A DNA stretch of 64,000 bases, taken from assembly GCA_002269645.1 (NCBI GenBank), contig NIVC01000642.1, positions 124,001-188,000 of the forward strand, written 5' to 3'. The notes under the pieces are model-generated. The model was not told the DNA's origin. It was given only the letters and a program-made list of their open reading frames with translations, and searched no databases. Shown one piece after another: positions 35,991 through 47,278 of the stretch (its first letter is position 1; each line of letters starts with the position of its first letter). A program made the translations under genes and the position numbers. This DNA comes from Macrostomum lignano. Taxonomy: Eukaryota.

Positions 35991-36571
35991 CTTTGCCATT
36001 GCTAAAAGTGACTACAAAGCAACCAAATTGGTACTAAAGAGGCTTTAACTGAATAAAAAATGCAGTGGCTGATAGCTTAGAGTGATAAATTTAAGTGTTG
36101 AAAAAGCCGCTAAACTCATTTATAAATAGCTACGAATGCAGCTGCATAACCTGATGAACTTTGCTTAGTGAGATGAGAAATGATTATACTGGGCCGTAAT
36201 AACTAAAATAATGTTTAACAAACGAGTACAGACTGGGTTACTACCAATGATTTCTCGATAAAGAAAAGGCACAACATGTTCTAATCAAAGTACTACTGAT
36301 AAAAGAAAACAGTAGATAAGAGCGCGAGCGCGTCCCCCATTCAAAATATTTAACAATAGATATTCGGTATGCACTACTTACCTGAGCAAAAAACGCAGGT
36401 AAGTAGAAAGTGACGAATAGAAGCAGAAAAAAATTGCGCGGAAATAGAAACTACGAGACAACCAGAAGTAGGAAGCTGCTAGAACTGATGGAGTTCCATG
36501 CTAAAAATGATACAGATCGCTCTTTAGGTGAATATTTTAATCCAACGTGACAGACAAACTCGATTCCCAAC

Positions 36572-37119
36572 TCAAATCAGCCTGAGAACCTCGGCCGAGT
36601 CCAGGAACACTCGGCCGGAGAAGCCGCCAAGCGCCAGTAGAGAATCGGCGCCGAGCGCCACCAGACCCAGACCGGCGCGCGGCACCGCCAGCTGAGCGGA
36701 GGACGCCGACAAACAAGAAGCCGATGTCGCTTTCGCCGATGCGGCGAGATTCTCGCAGCCGACCAGCGCCGGCTGATGGCCGTCGGAGCCGCCGACGAGC
36801 CACAGGTCGCCGGGGCCCAGCGAGGCCATGGCGGCGCCGCGCCTCGGACAGGCGAGCGACAGCGGCTGCGACTGCGTCGGCTCAGCGTCGTCCACGAAGT
36901 CGTCATCTGAGGAGGATCCCCGGCCGAGCATCAGGTCGGATGTGACCGGATTGGCGTCCCAGCGGTTGACGCGCGGATCCCACACTTCTAGGCTGGCCAG
37001 ACAGCCGCCGCTCCAGCCGTCCGAGCCGCCGGCAACCCACAGCTGGCCCTGGGATGGCGGATGGGGCAGCTGGGTGTTCGACTGTCTGTCTGTCTGTCTG
37101 TCTGTCTGTCTGCCTGTCA

Positions 37120-37159
<40 letters not shown>

Positions 37160-40100
37160 TAGTGTCTGTCTTAGTATCTGTCTTAGTGTCTGTCTTAGTG
37201 TCTGTCTGTCTGTCTGTCTATCTGTCTGTCTGCCTGTGTCCTAGTGATAGTTAATCTATCTTTTCGACTTTCTGCTATTGGCATGTCTAAGTGACTAACG
37301 GCAGGTAACACAGGTAAAATAGGAAAGAAATGAAATTTTAGAGACGACTCTAAAACGACGAGATGTCACGTTACAGGTCGCCACGTTAGAGTCGCCTGAG
37401 AGCCACTCTAAAGTGTTTTTATTGTTTGCGACTCTGGAGCCGCAGAGTCAGATCTGAGGCGTGCCAGAGACGCTGCAGAATGACTGATTTGCGTCTAAAG
37501 CGCATCTGAGTCACTTTCAATTACATCATTGTTTTTTTGTCAATATTAAACTAACCTGGGCAACGCGCATCAATGTCGCGCTGCCAGTACAGCTATCAGA
37601 TACTTGCCTGGTGAGCGGCCATGCAGCACTCGTTTCTGGGTTCGGACAGTCCCGGCATTGCCTGCCAGCGGCCGACGCGCGGGTCCAACCATTCGGCGTA
37701 GCGCACCGACGCTGCGCCGTATCGGCCGCCGACGGCAAACACGGCGCCGTTTAGTTCGGCGACGGCGCAGCCGCTGCGGGCGCGCGACATCGGCGGGCCG
37801 GGCAGCCAATGGTTGCCGTCGAACTCTTCAACCTGAGTGAGCGAATGGCGAGGATTCAAGCCTCGGGGATCTGAGGAGGTGCTCAAGCTGAGGATCCAAT
37901 GAGAAGGTGATCAAGCCGAGGATCCAATGAGAAGGTGCTCAAGCCGAGGATTCGATGTGAAGATGCTCAAGCTGAGGGATGAGTGCATGATGAGAAGATG
38001 CTCAAGCTGAGGAGTGCATGATGAGAAGATGTTCAAGCTGAGCAGTGCATGATGAGAAGATGTTGAGGAGTGTATGATGAGAAGATGCTCAAGCTGAGGA
38101 GTGCATGATGAGGAGATGCTCAAGCTGAGGAGTGCATGATGAGAAGATGTTCAAGCTGAGCAGTGCATGGTGAGAAGATGTTCAAGCTGAGGAGTGTATG
38201 ATGAGAAGATGCTCAAGCTGAGGAGTGCATGATGAGGAGATGCTCAAGCTGAGGAGTGCATGATGAGGAGATGCTCAAGCTGAGGAGTGCATGATGAGGA
38301 GATGCTCAAGCTGAGGAGTGCATGATGAGAAGATGCTCAAGCTGAGGAGTGTATGATGAGAAGATGCTCAAGCTGAGGAGTGCATGATGAGGAGATGCTC
38401 AAGCTGAGGAGTGCATGATGAGGAGATGCTCAAGCTGAGGAGTGCATGATGAGGAGATGCTCAAGCTGAGGGAGGAGTGCATGATGAGATGTTCAAGCTG
38501 AGCGCTCAGCCTGTGCCTGTGACGCTGGGCCTCCAGCTCACCGTGGCCAACTCAGAGACGCCATCGGAGCCGCCGCAGGCGAATACACGGCAGGCGCCGG
38601 TTCTGCCAACAACAGCGGCTGCAGAGAAGCGACTACGCGGGCCGCCTGCTAGCTCGGGTCCGGGACGCCAGGCGCCGCTGTCCGGGCAGTAGATCTCGCA
38701 GCTGCGCAGACACTGACCGCGATTATAACCCCCGGCAACCAGCAGTTTAAAACCGCCTTCGCTTTTATCGTCCAGTCTAACAGCGCCAAAGGAGGCCCTG
38801 GGCGACAGCATGTACGGGAAATGATCGCCGTGGCCGCTAGTAGACGCCGAGTTGTCGCTGTGAAATGAGACCACGCTGCTCTGGGCGGACGAGCGGCGTC
38901 GAACCCGGCACTGCTCCCGCAGCAGGGGGTCCTCGGCTAGGGGCAGCTGGCGGACGCTCATGAGACAGAGGGAGGGGCCGAGCCGGGCGAGCAGGAGCAG
39001 GCAGCTGGCGCCAGCCCGCTGCTGCGGCTGCTGATCGATTATTGACAGCACTCGAGAGGGCAGCTGACGTGAGGAGCGCTGGTTGTTGCTCTGGGATTTA
39101 TTAGGGAAGAGAGGGAGGCTGAGGCTGTTGTATTTGAAAATCACAGTGTATCAGGCTGGCTCAGCAACTGACACTCTGGGAGGCTGGCTCAGCAACTGAG
39201 GATCTGGGAGGCTGGCTCAGCAACTGACACTCTGGGAGGCTGGCTCAGCAACTGACACTCTGGAAGGCTGGCTCAGCAACTGAGGATCTGGGAGGCTGGC
39301 TCAGCAACTGACACTCTGGGAGGCTGGCTCAGCAACTGACACTCTGGGAGGCTGGCCCAGCAACTGACACTCTGGGAGGCTGGCCTAGCAACTGACACTC
39401 TGGGAGTGGGAGGCTGGTCCAGCAACAGAGGATCTGGGAGGCTGGTCCAGCAACTGAGGATCTGGAAGGCTGGCCCAGCAACTGAGGATCTGGGAGGCTG
39501 GCCCAGCAACTGAGGATCTGGGAGGCTGGCCCAGCAACTGACACTCTGGGAGGCTGGCCCAGCAACTGACACTCTGGGAGGCTGGCCCAGCAACTGACAC
39601 TCTGGGAGGCTGGCCCAGCAACTGACACTCTGGGAGGCTGGCCCAGCAACTGACACTCTGGGAGTGGGAGGCTGGTCCAGCAACTGAGGATCTGGGGGGC
39701 TGGCTCAGCAACTGAGGATCTGGGAGGCTGGCCCAGCAACTGAGGATCTGGGGGGCTGGCTCAGCAACTGAGGATCTGGGAGGCTGGCCCAGCAACAGAG
39801 GATCTGGGAGGCTGGCCCAGCAACTGAGGATCTGGGAGGCTGGCTCAGCAACTGACACTCTGGGAGGCTGGCCCAGCAACTGACACTCTGGGAGGCTGGC
39901 CCAGCAACTGACACTCTGGGAGTGGGAGGCTGGTCCAGCAACTGAGGATCTGGGGGGCTGGCTCAGCAACTGAGGATCTGGGAGGCTGGCCCAGCAACTG
40001 AGGATCTGGGGGGCTGGCTCAGCAACTGAGGATCTGGGAGGCTGGCCCAGCAACTGAGGATCTGGGAGGCTGGCCCAGCAACTGAGGATCTGGGGGGCTG

Positions 40101-43100
40101 GCTCAGCAACTGAGGATCTGGAAGGCTGGCCCAGCAACTGAGGATCTGGGAGGCTGGCCCAGCAACTGAGGATCTGGGAGGCTGGCATAGCAACAGAGGA
40201 TCTAACGCACCATGATCTTAGCGTGCATCCGACGCGAATCAATGTAATCCCTCAGCTGAGGCAGGTGGCTGGCCAGCTCAAGCTTCGCGTCGTCGGCGGC
40301 CGCAGCGTCCTCGGGACCCGAGGAGTCGGACAAAGCCACCGCAGCAGCCGCAGCGACAACAGCCGTGGCGAACTGCTGCTGCTCGCAGTCGATAACAGCC
40401 GAACCGTCTGAGGTCAGGTAGAGCAGGTGAACCTGGCCGGCGATGTGCGCCAGGAGTCGCTGAGCAGTGGCTGTCTGGCAGAAGTCGCCGAGAGTAGCGA
40501 CAGCTTCGCCGTACTCCTTCGCCCCGCCGGAGCCAGTCACTGTATTCCGGTCCGCGTCCCCGTTGTCGCTCAAGTCCGTGTCGCTGTCGGAAGAGTCGGA
40601 GTCGGAAGTGCGGCGGTGTCGATCCCGACAGTCCAGTATCAGACGGTGTAGGGTTCCGGCGAACCAGTCGCACAGCAGGTCGCCTATAGCGGCTGAGCTG
40701 GCGGTCTCAGTGGAGCCGACTGCGAGTGAGGACAGGTGTGTGTGCTGCCAGCTCTTGTTTGTGCGCTGCCAGCTCTTGTTTGTGTGCTGCCAACTCTTGT
40801 TTGTGCGCTGCCAGCTTTTGTTTGTGTGCTGCCAGCTCTTGTTTGTGTGCTGCCAGCTCTTGTTTGTGCGCTGCCAGCTCTTGTTTGTGCGCTGCCAGCT
40901 CTTGTTTGTGCGCTGCCAGCTCTTGTTTGTGCGCTGCCAGCTCTTGTTTGTGTGCTGCCAACTCTTGTTTGTGCGCTGCCAGCTTTTGTTTGTGTGCTGC
41001 CAGCTCTTGTTTGTGTGCTGCCAGCTCTTGTTTGTGTGCTGCCAGCTATAGTGAGTGTGCTGCCAGCTCTTGTTTGTGCGCTGCCAACTCTTGTTTGTGC
41101 GCTGCCAGCTCTTGTTTGTGTGCTGCCAACTCTTGTTTGTGCGCTGCCAGCTTTTGTTTGTGTGCTGCCAGCTCTTGTTTGTGTGCTGCCAGCTCTTGTT
41201 TGTGTGCTGCCAGCTATAGTGAGTGTGCTGCCAGCTCTTGTTTGTGCGCTGCCAACTCTTGTTTGTGCGCTGTCAGCTTTTGTTTGTGTGCTGCCAGCTA
41301 TAGTGAGTGTGCTGCCAGCTCTTGTTTGTGCGCTGCCAACTCTTGTTTGTGCGCTGTCAGCTTTTGTTTGTGTGCTGCCAGCTATAGTGAGTGTGCTGCC
41401 AGTTCTGAATCAGTCAGTGGGTAGGTACCTACGACACTAACGACACTCGTAGTGACACTAACACATTACATATTAAGGGAAACCTCTATAAAGTCACACA
41501 ATATAATAATACTCATACGTGGATTTCGCATGGTATTCATAGCATAACTTTCAACGGAAAGCAGCTAACAGAACCCGTTTTTTCAGGCAGTTTAAACCCA
41601 GTTTTAGTTGTAGGAGTTACCAGTAGATCGAATAGCGATACATAAATCACATGCAGTCGCAGTCAGCTAAAGTAGCAATTTCACTCTCACTGCTAGTGCC
41701 TGCTATGCCATCCCAAAGCGGTGTAGCTAGGAAGGCAACAAGTAAACATGTTATTGCGCACTTTTATAATCAAGTCGTGACTCGTGACTTAAGAGAAGTT
41801 TGTTAACTTTAAAGATATTAAGAATTCATATAGATTGCGTAACTCTTACCTAGCAGGTCAACTTTTATCTTAGGCAGCGGACAATCCAAGTCCAAGTCTA
41901 CTATCTCTGCCAAATGCTGCACAATGTAGTTATCGATACCGTCAACTAGGCTGTCAAAGTCGGTTACTTGGGAGCGAAGCTCTGAAACATGGCACAGAGT
42001 TTTGGGAGAATTCATACAGATAGTATTAGAGGAATTCATGCCGGATTACCCGTGACACCTGTGGGATTTTAGATCAATGGGGGATTAGTGGCAACACCTG
42101 TGGGATCTGAGATCCATGGGAGATTAGTAGCGAGACACCTGGGGGATCTGAGATCTATAGGAGATTAGTGGCGAACACCTGTGGGATCTATGGGAGATTA
42201 GCGACGCTTGTGGGATGAGATCCATGGCTATGGGAGATTAGTGGCGACACCTGTGGGATCTGAGATCCATGGGAGATTAGTGACGACACCTGGGGGATCT
42301 GAGATCCATGGGAGATTACTGACGACACCTGTGGGATCTGAGATCCATGGGATATTAAAGGCGAACATCTGTGGGATCTGAGATCCATGGGAGATTAGTG
42401 GCGAGACACCTGGGGGATCTGAGATCTATAGGAGATTAGTAGCGAACACTTGTGGGATCTATGGGAGATTAGTGGCGACACCTGGGGGATCTGAGATCCA
42501 TGGAAGATTACTGGCGACACCTGTGGGATCTGAGATGCATGGGATGTTAAAGGCGAACATTTGTGGGATCTGAGATCCATGGGAGATTAGTGGCGAGACA
42601 CTTGGGGGATCTGAGATCCATGGGAGATTAGTGGCGAGACACCTGGGGGATCTGAGATCCATGGGAGATTAAAGGCGAACACCTGTGGGATCTGAGATCC
42701 ATGGGAGATTAGTGGCGACACTAATGTGAGATCTGAGATCCATGGAGATTAGCGACACCTGTGGGATCTATAGGAGATTAGCGACACTAGTGGGATCTGA
42801 GATCCATGGGAGATTAGTGGCGACACGTGGGGGAGCTCCAAGATGCACAATCAAGCTGCGGAAAAGAAGGCACAAAAGCAGAATACACCAACCAAGCACG
42901 TTGCGCGGCTTCAACCCAGCCAGTAGTGTCTGGGCGCAGTACTTGACCAGAACAGGCAGGCGTAGGTAGCAGGCTGCCGAGTGCAGCTGGGCCAGAGCCA
43001 GAGGCTCCATCGAGCCGGGATCCGGCAGGCAGCCGGTGTACACAAAGTGCAGTGCATGGCCAAACGCATCCGGCGTGAGATGACGCGGCAGGTTAAAGTG

Positions 43101-43280
43101 TCCACAGTTTGGTTCCTCAGTTAGCAGGCGCATGAAATGCGGTGACGCCGCCGCTAGAACGCATTTGTGCACCAGAAAGCGGCGCCCGTGAACGCTAATC
43201 TGCAGATCGCAAAACATGCCCTCCTCGCGTAGCTTGGCCAGCTTGGCCAGGTGATCGGGTATGCCACTAGGCTCAGACAT
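36572..43280 (-). CDS. BTB-Kelch protein, IVNS1ABP (NS1-BP)-like; 5 coding exons, 715 aa
   Basis: Exons 43280-42893 (BTB: FCDLQISVHGRRFLVHKCVLAAASPHF..FVYTG), 40719-40211, 39090-38542, 37832-37608, 37048-36572; 2148 nt in frame. Six Kelch blades with GG motifs. AGGYNRGQCLRSCEIY and the terminal ALGGFSGRVFLDSAEV resemble IVNS1ABP blades 1 and 6. The exon-1 donor (G|GTTGGT at 42892) and exon-3 acceptor (39091) are best guesses. Confidence 0.82.
37080..37240. repeat. (TCTG)n microsatellite
   Basis: Direct reading. Confidence 0.92.
37880..38500. repeat. 31-bp minisatellite filling Kelch intron 3
   Basis: gatgctcaagctgaggagtgcatgatgagaa. Confidence 0.95.
39152..40203. repeat. 28-bp minisatellite filling Kelch intron 2
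   Basis: agcaact(gaggat/gacact)ctgggaggctggccc. Confidence 0.95.
40735..41403. repeat. 21-bp minisatellite
   Basis: ctgccagctcttgtttgtg(t/c)g. Confidence 0.95.
42055..42830. repeat. About 39-bp minisatellite
   Basis: gggatctgagatccatgggagattagtggcgacacctgt. Confidence 0.92.
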
Positions 43281-44386
43281 TTGGGATACGGTATAGCCTG
43301 TCCGTTTAAATGTTGTGGTCTCTCTGGACTGCTAATTTTAAGTGCAACGCATTCAAGCATGCAAGTTTTTATTCAGAGTCTTGATGTTCAGAATGAACTT
43401 GAATAGACAATATAATGGCATGAAAACACAGTAAACACAATCATGCTTAAGCCATGGATCACTGGTTTGATTTTGTGTGCATTCATATTAGTTTGTGGCT
43501 TGTGCAAAAAATATCCTAAGGCTACATTGCTGCTAAGCTTTTGGAAAAAAAGGCCTACATTTCGGTTTACACACAATGATAAACCTTAAACTTAATTTGG
43601 TATATAAACAAAGTTTATCAGAATATAAATAAAAGAAATTTGTAATCAATTTAAATGATCAAAACATTTTGAACATTTTGCATAGGAACATGAATTTTAT
43701 TAAGTCAAACGTATACTTTTACAATTAAAAAACATAAAAAGCATGTTTAACTTCATCAGAACTATATAAATAGCAATGCTATAGTACTTAGCCATTGCTA
43801 CTATGAGCTATTTAAACATTTTTTAAATTATCAAGTTAGTTCATAGATAAAACAATTTCTAATCTTAGCATATTAGCATAAGGTGCTAATATTTGTTTTT
43901 ATTGCAATAGGCAATCTAACAACATTGCTATTAATATTTTATTAAAATGCCATAGGGTTAATAATCTCTCTATTAAAATCTACATATACTAATTAATGTA
44001 ATAAACATGACATTAGGAACAAAAATTACTCCATAATGTTTTAGCTCTAACTTTTTTTGCTTAAACTCTAGCTACATTCCAAAAAGGCTTTAGATCTTAT
44101 AGTTAGACATAGTCCATTGGATTTTTAATACAAATAGTTGGTAGATCACTAGATCAGTAGCAGCATTGTTATAGACTAGATTGGCAATAGCATTGGGCAA
44201 TGGGCATTGGCACTTATCACATTTTTTCTAGTATACACATACACTAAGCTATGCCTTTACTTAAAAAAATAATTATAAATAGTAAAGTGATTGCAGTTTC
44301 ACTTTAACTTTATATAATTTATCCCATATTATACTTAAAATTATACTTAAATAATTTTTATGAATGATATAGAAATATTATATAAT

Positions 44387-45034
44387 GGCAACCAATCAAA
44401 AGGGTGACAGATGAAAAGGGCAACAGTCAAAAGGGCGATAGTCAAAAGGGTGACAGGGTATTAGACCAAGAACTACTTAAGTAGAAGGATGGGAAACCTT
44501 GTTTCTTTGAAAATCTTAGAATCTGCCTCCTATCAAAAGCAATAACAAGATATGTTAAGACATTAGAAATATTAGAATTGTGAGTGTTGGTATTGTGCAT
44601 GTATATATACATTAATGTACATTTAAACATAGTTCAATGAGGTTTATTTATTTTATTTATTTACTTCAAATACTGGAGAAAATTCAGCCGTGGCAACTGC
44701 TTAATAGATGATCTAGGCCTACTAAAGGCGGTTAGTGAAATAAATGGACCTCACTGAACCACATTTTAACATTAATAGTGTGTCCAATATGTGTTTAGCT
44801 TTTATACATAACTGCTTGTACATTTTTAACAATGTAACAATGTATGGTAACAATACCATATATTGTTTTAACAAATACAAGTATGATATATTTTTACTGC
44901 TCTAGTAGTAACAAATACTTCTAATGTATGTGGAACTTGTAATTTCAATATAAGTACACTGTAACTGTCGCCCTTTTGATTCTCGCACTTTTGACTATCG
45001 CCCTTTTGATCTGTCACCCTTTTGACCTGCAGCC
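44387..45034. mobile_element. Mutator-type MITE with repeat-structured TIRs and 9-bp TSD
   Basis: About 70-bp TIRs built from tcaaaaggg(t/c)ga units, with GG...CC ends. Flanks are ttatataat (44378-86) and ttgtataat (45035-43). Confidence 0.8.
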
Positions 45035-46485
45035 TTGTATAATGTAGTAAAAATAAATAGTATAATAAAAATTATGTTGAAAAATGATAGACAAAAATTG
45101 AAACATTTTATACTATTAATAGATAAAGGTTTTTGGATAGTTTCTTCTTTCATTTTCTATCTTTATCTTTATTTTAAGTGGACATTAGTTTTAATTTAGA
45201 AAAAAGTTTCTTTTTACTTATCAATAAATACAATTACAAAACTTGTAAAGATTCCAATGATATATATATTATAAGTTATTTTTTGATATTTTAGGATTTT
45301 AAAATATACTATTCACTTAAAAAGTTTTAATTTCTTATTGATTTTTGTATATTTTTAGTAGCTGGGTCATTTTAAGATAGGGTGTCCTATCATGTTTTTT
45401 AACTTTAAACATTTGTAACTTTTGAACCAAAAGGCAAAATAGATCTAGAACAAGGCTGCAAAAAGCAATCTGTATCAAACTTCTAGTTCCATATTTTTAT
45501 AGGTCCCAGGTCAATTCGGTGACAAGACATTTCGGTGACAACAACTTCGGTGACAACTTGGGACGTTTCGGTGACACCAGTGGTCAATTCGGTGACAATC
45601 TTTTTAGACTTGGTTTGACTATTTTTCGTTGTTAAATATTAAAATATAGCTGTCACTATAAACTCTTAATAAAGTATTGATGGTTCGTATGCTATCAATT
45701 ATCTTTTTGTTTGAGTGCGTTTCGAGGCATAATCACTTATAGCGCGCACTTAATTTTATCCATACTTTTCATTTTTCAACTCAAGTCAACTGTCAACGAT
45801 CCAATTGATGATTCGATTTTTTGTACTACATCTACTACATGTACATGTATTGTAGATGTACATGTACATGTACGTCTTAAAGCCATTGAACGAGTTTAGA
45901 AAACAACTGTATACCTATAGCGTAGCTTATGACTGTATATACGAGTATGTTATGTGCTAATTCAGGGACTAAGGCAAAGGGCGCCAATAGGGGCGGACCC
46001 ACGGATAGAGCTTGATAGAACTTATTGACCCCCCTAAAACCTAAAAACTTATTAACCCAAAAACTAATTGAGCACCATTTAAACTAGATTTTCGCCTCCT
46101 ACACGCATTTTTGCACCCCTAGCTTAAAATAAATTAGCGCCCCTCATACTCATGTTGGCGCCCAAAACTTGGACCGACCGCGCCCCCCGCCCCCTCCCCC
46201 CTTTGATGTATAGTCAAAAGCTATAGCTTCTTCTTGGTGTCTGATTTTCGTAAACAAATTTATTGTCGTTACTAAATCAAGCTATTTCAAAGCAGTAGTT
46301 ACAGTGCAGTGCAAGTATATGAATCGATAGTATAATGAGCTGAATGATAGAGAACTAAGCAGTAAACATATTTGCACCAAAAAAGGCGTCAACACAAGTC
46401 GACACAACATGTACAGTACAGTATTTAATATAATGAGTATACGAATCAGAATACTCATTTATTCTGATCACTGTCAGAATACTCA

Positions 46486-46605
46486 CAGTGGCGCAACCGG
46501 GGGGGGGGGGCGGTTGCCCCTCCTTCGGGGGACACCGGAAAAAATCAAAGGGGACCAAGCGAATGATTCGCCCTTCCCCTCAACAAATTTCTGGTTGCGC
46601 TACTG
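46486..46605. mobile_element. 120-bp nested MITE-like insert
   Basis: Terminal inverted repeats cagtggcgcaacc / ggttgcgctactg; no clear TSD. Confidence 0.55.
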
Positions 46606-46626
46606 CGAGAGTACACAGTCGTCATG

Positions 46627-47278
46627 TCACTTCGGATTAAAGAGACGACCACAGGATTTAAGCAGCCGCCGAGTGCTTCGAGTACCTTGTTCATGTTCCG
46701 CCCAGTAGCGAAATAAACGAGACTGAACTGTGCGGTACCCTTGCCGCTGCTCTCGACGCAGTACCCCTCTGGACAGCAGGTGAGCCTGGAGTGGCACCAG
46801 GATAGCTTCCTCGTGGAGCAGTTGCAGCAATAGATAGAACTGGAGGTTGCGTCTTCCCAGCTTTACGGTTTAGGCGATAGTGCCAGCCCTCCAGGTCGTT
46901 GTTGGTCCTGATGGGCTGACCAAACACGCAAATGTCATCCGCTTTCCAGTTGCTGCCTTTGCCCAACCATGTACTGCCAATGTACTCGCATAGTTCCTGC
47001 AGCCTTTCGTCTACCTGAGCAGCTTGCGAAGCTCGGAGGCTTTCAAACACCTCGTTAATCTCGTCACGTGGCAGGTACGGCAGTGCCATCAACTTCCGGA
47101 CGAACCGTTCTGTGCCATCATCATCACGATAGGACTGCTGCAGACCCACGTTCTGAACTTTTCGCCAGACTGCCTAGGTCCAGTGGAAATTGCAGCCCTG
47201 CACTTCAGCCTGCGGAAAGATGCATCGAACCGCCTTCCAGGCTGGCTGCTCATAGTCGAGAACGAATCTCGCGGGTGA
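46627..47278 (-). pseudogene. MULE transposase remnant
   Basis: FVLDYEQPAWKAVRCIFPQAEVQGCNFHWT*AVWRKVQNVGL...LMALPYLP...RTNNDLEGWHYRLN. Premature TAG at 47176-47174 and a frameshift near 46850; the N-terminus is missing. Confidence 0.85.

Noticed and set aside
40707-40961. Perfect heptad ORF (AAHKQEL)n next to Kelch exon 2
   Set aside because: It is a 21-bp minisatellite, out of frame with exon 2 and with no supporting splice sites.
41818-42039. 73-aa minus-strand ORF in Kelch intron 1
   Set aside because: No recognisable motif or convincing splice context; probably a TE remnant.
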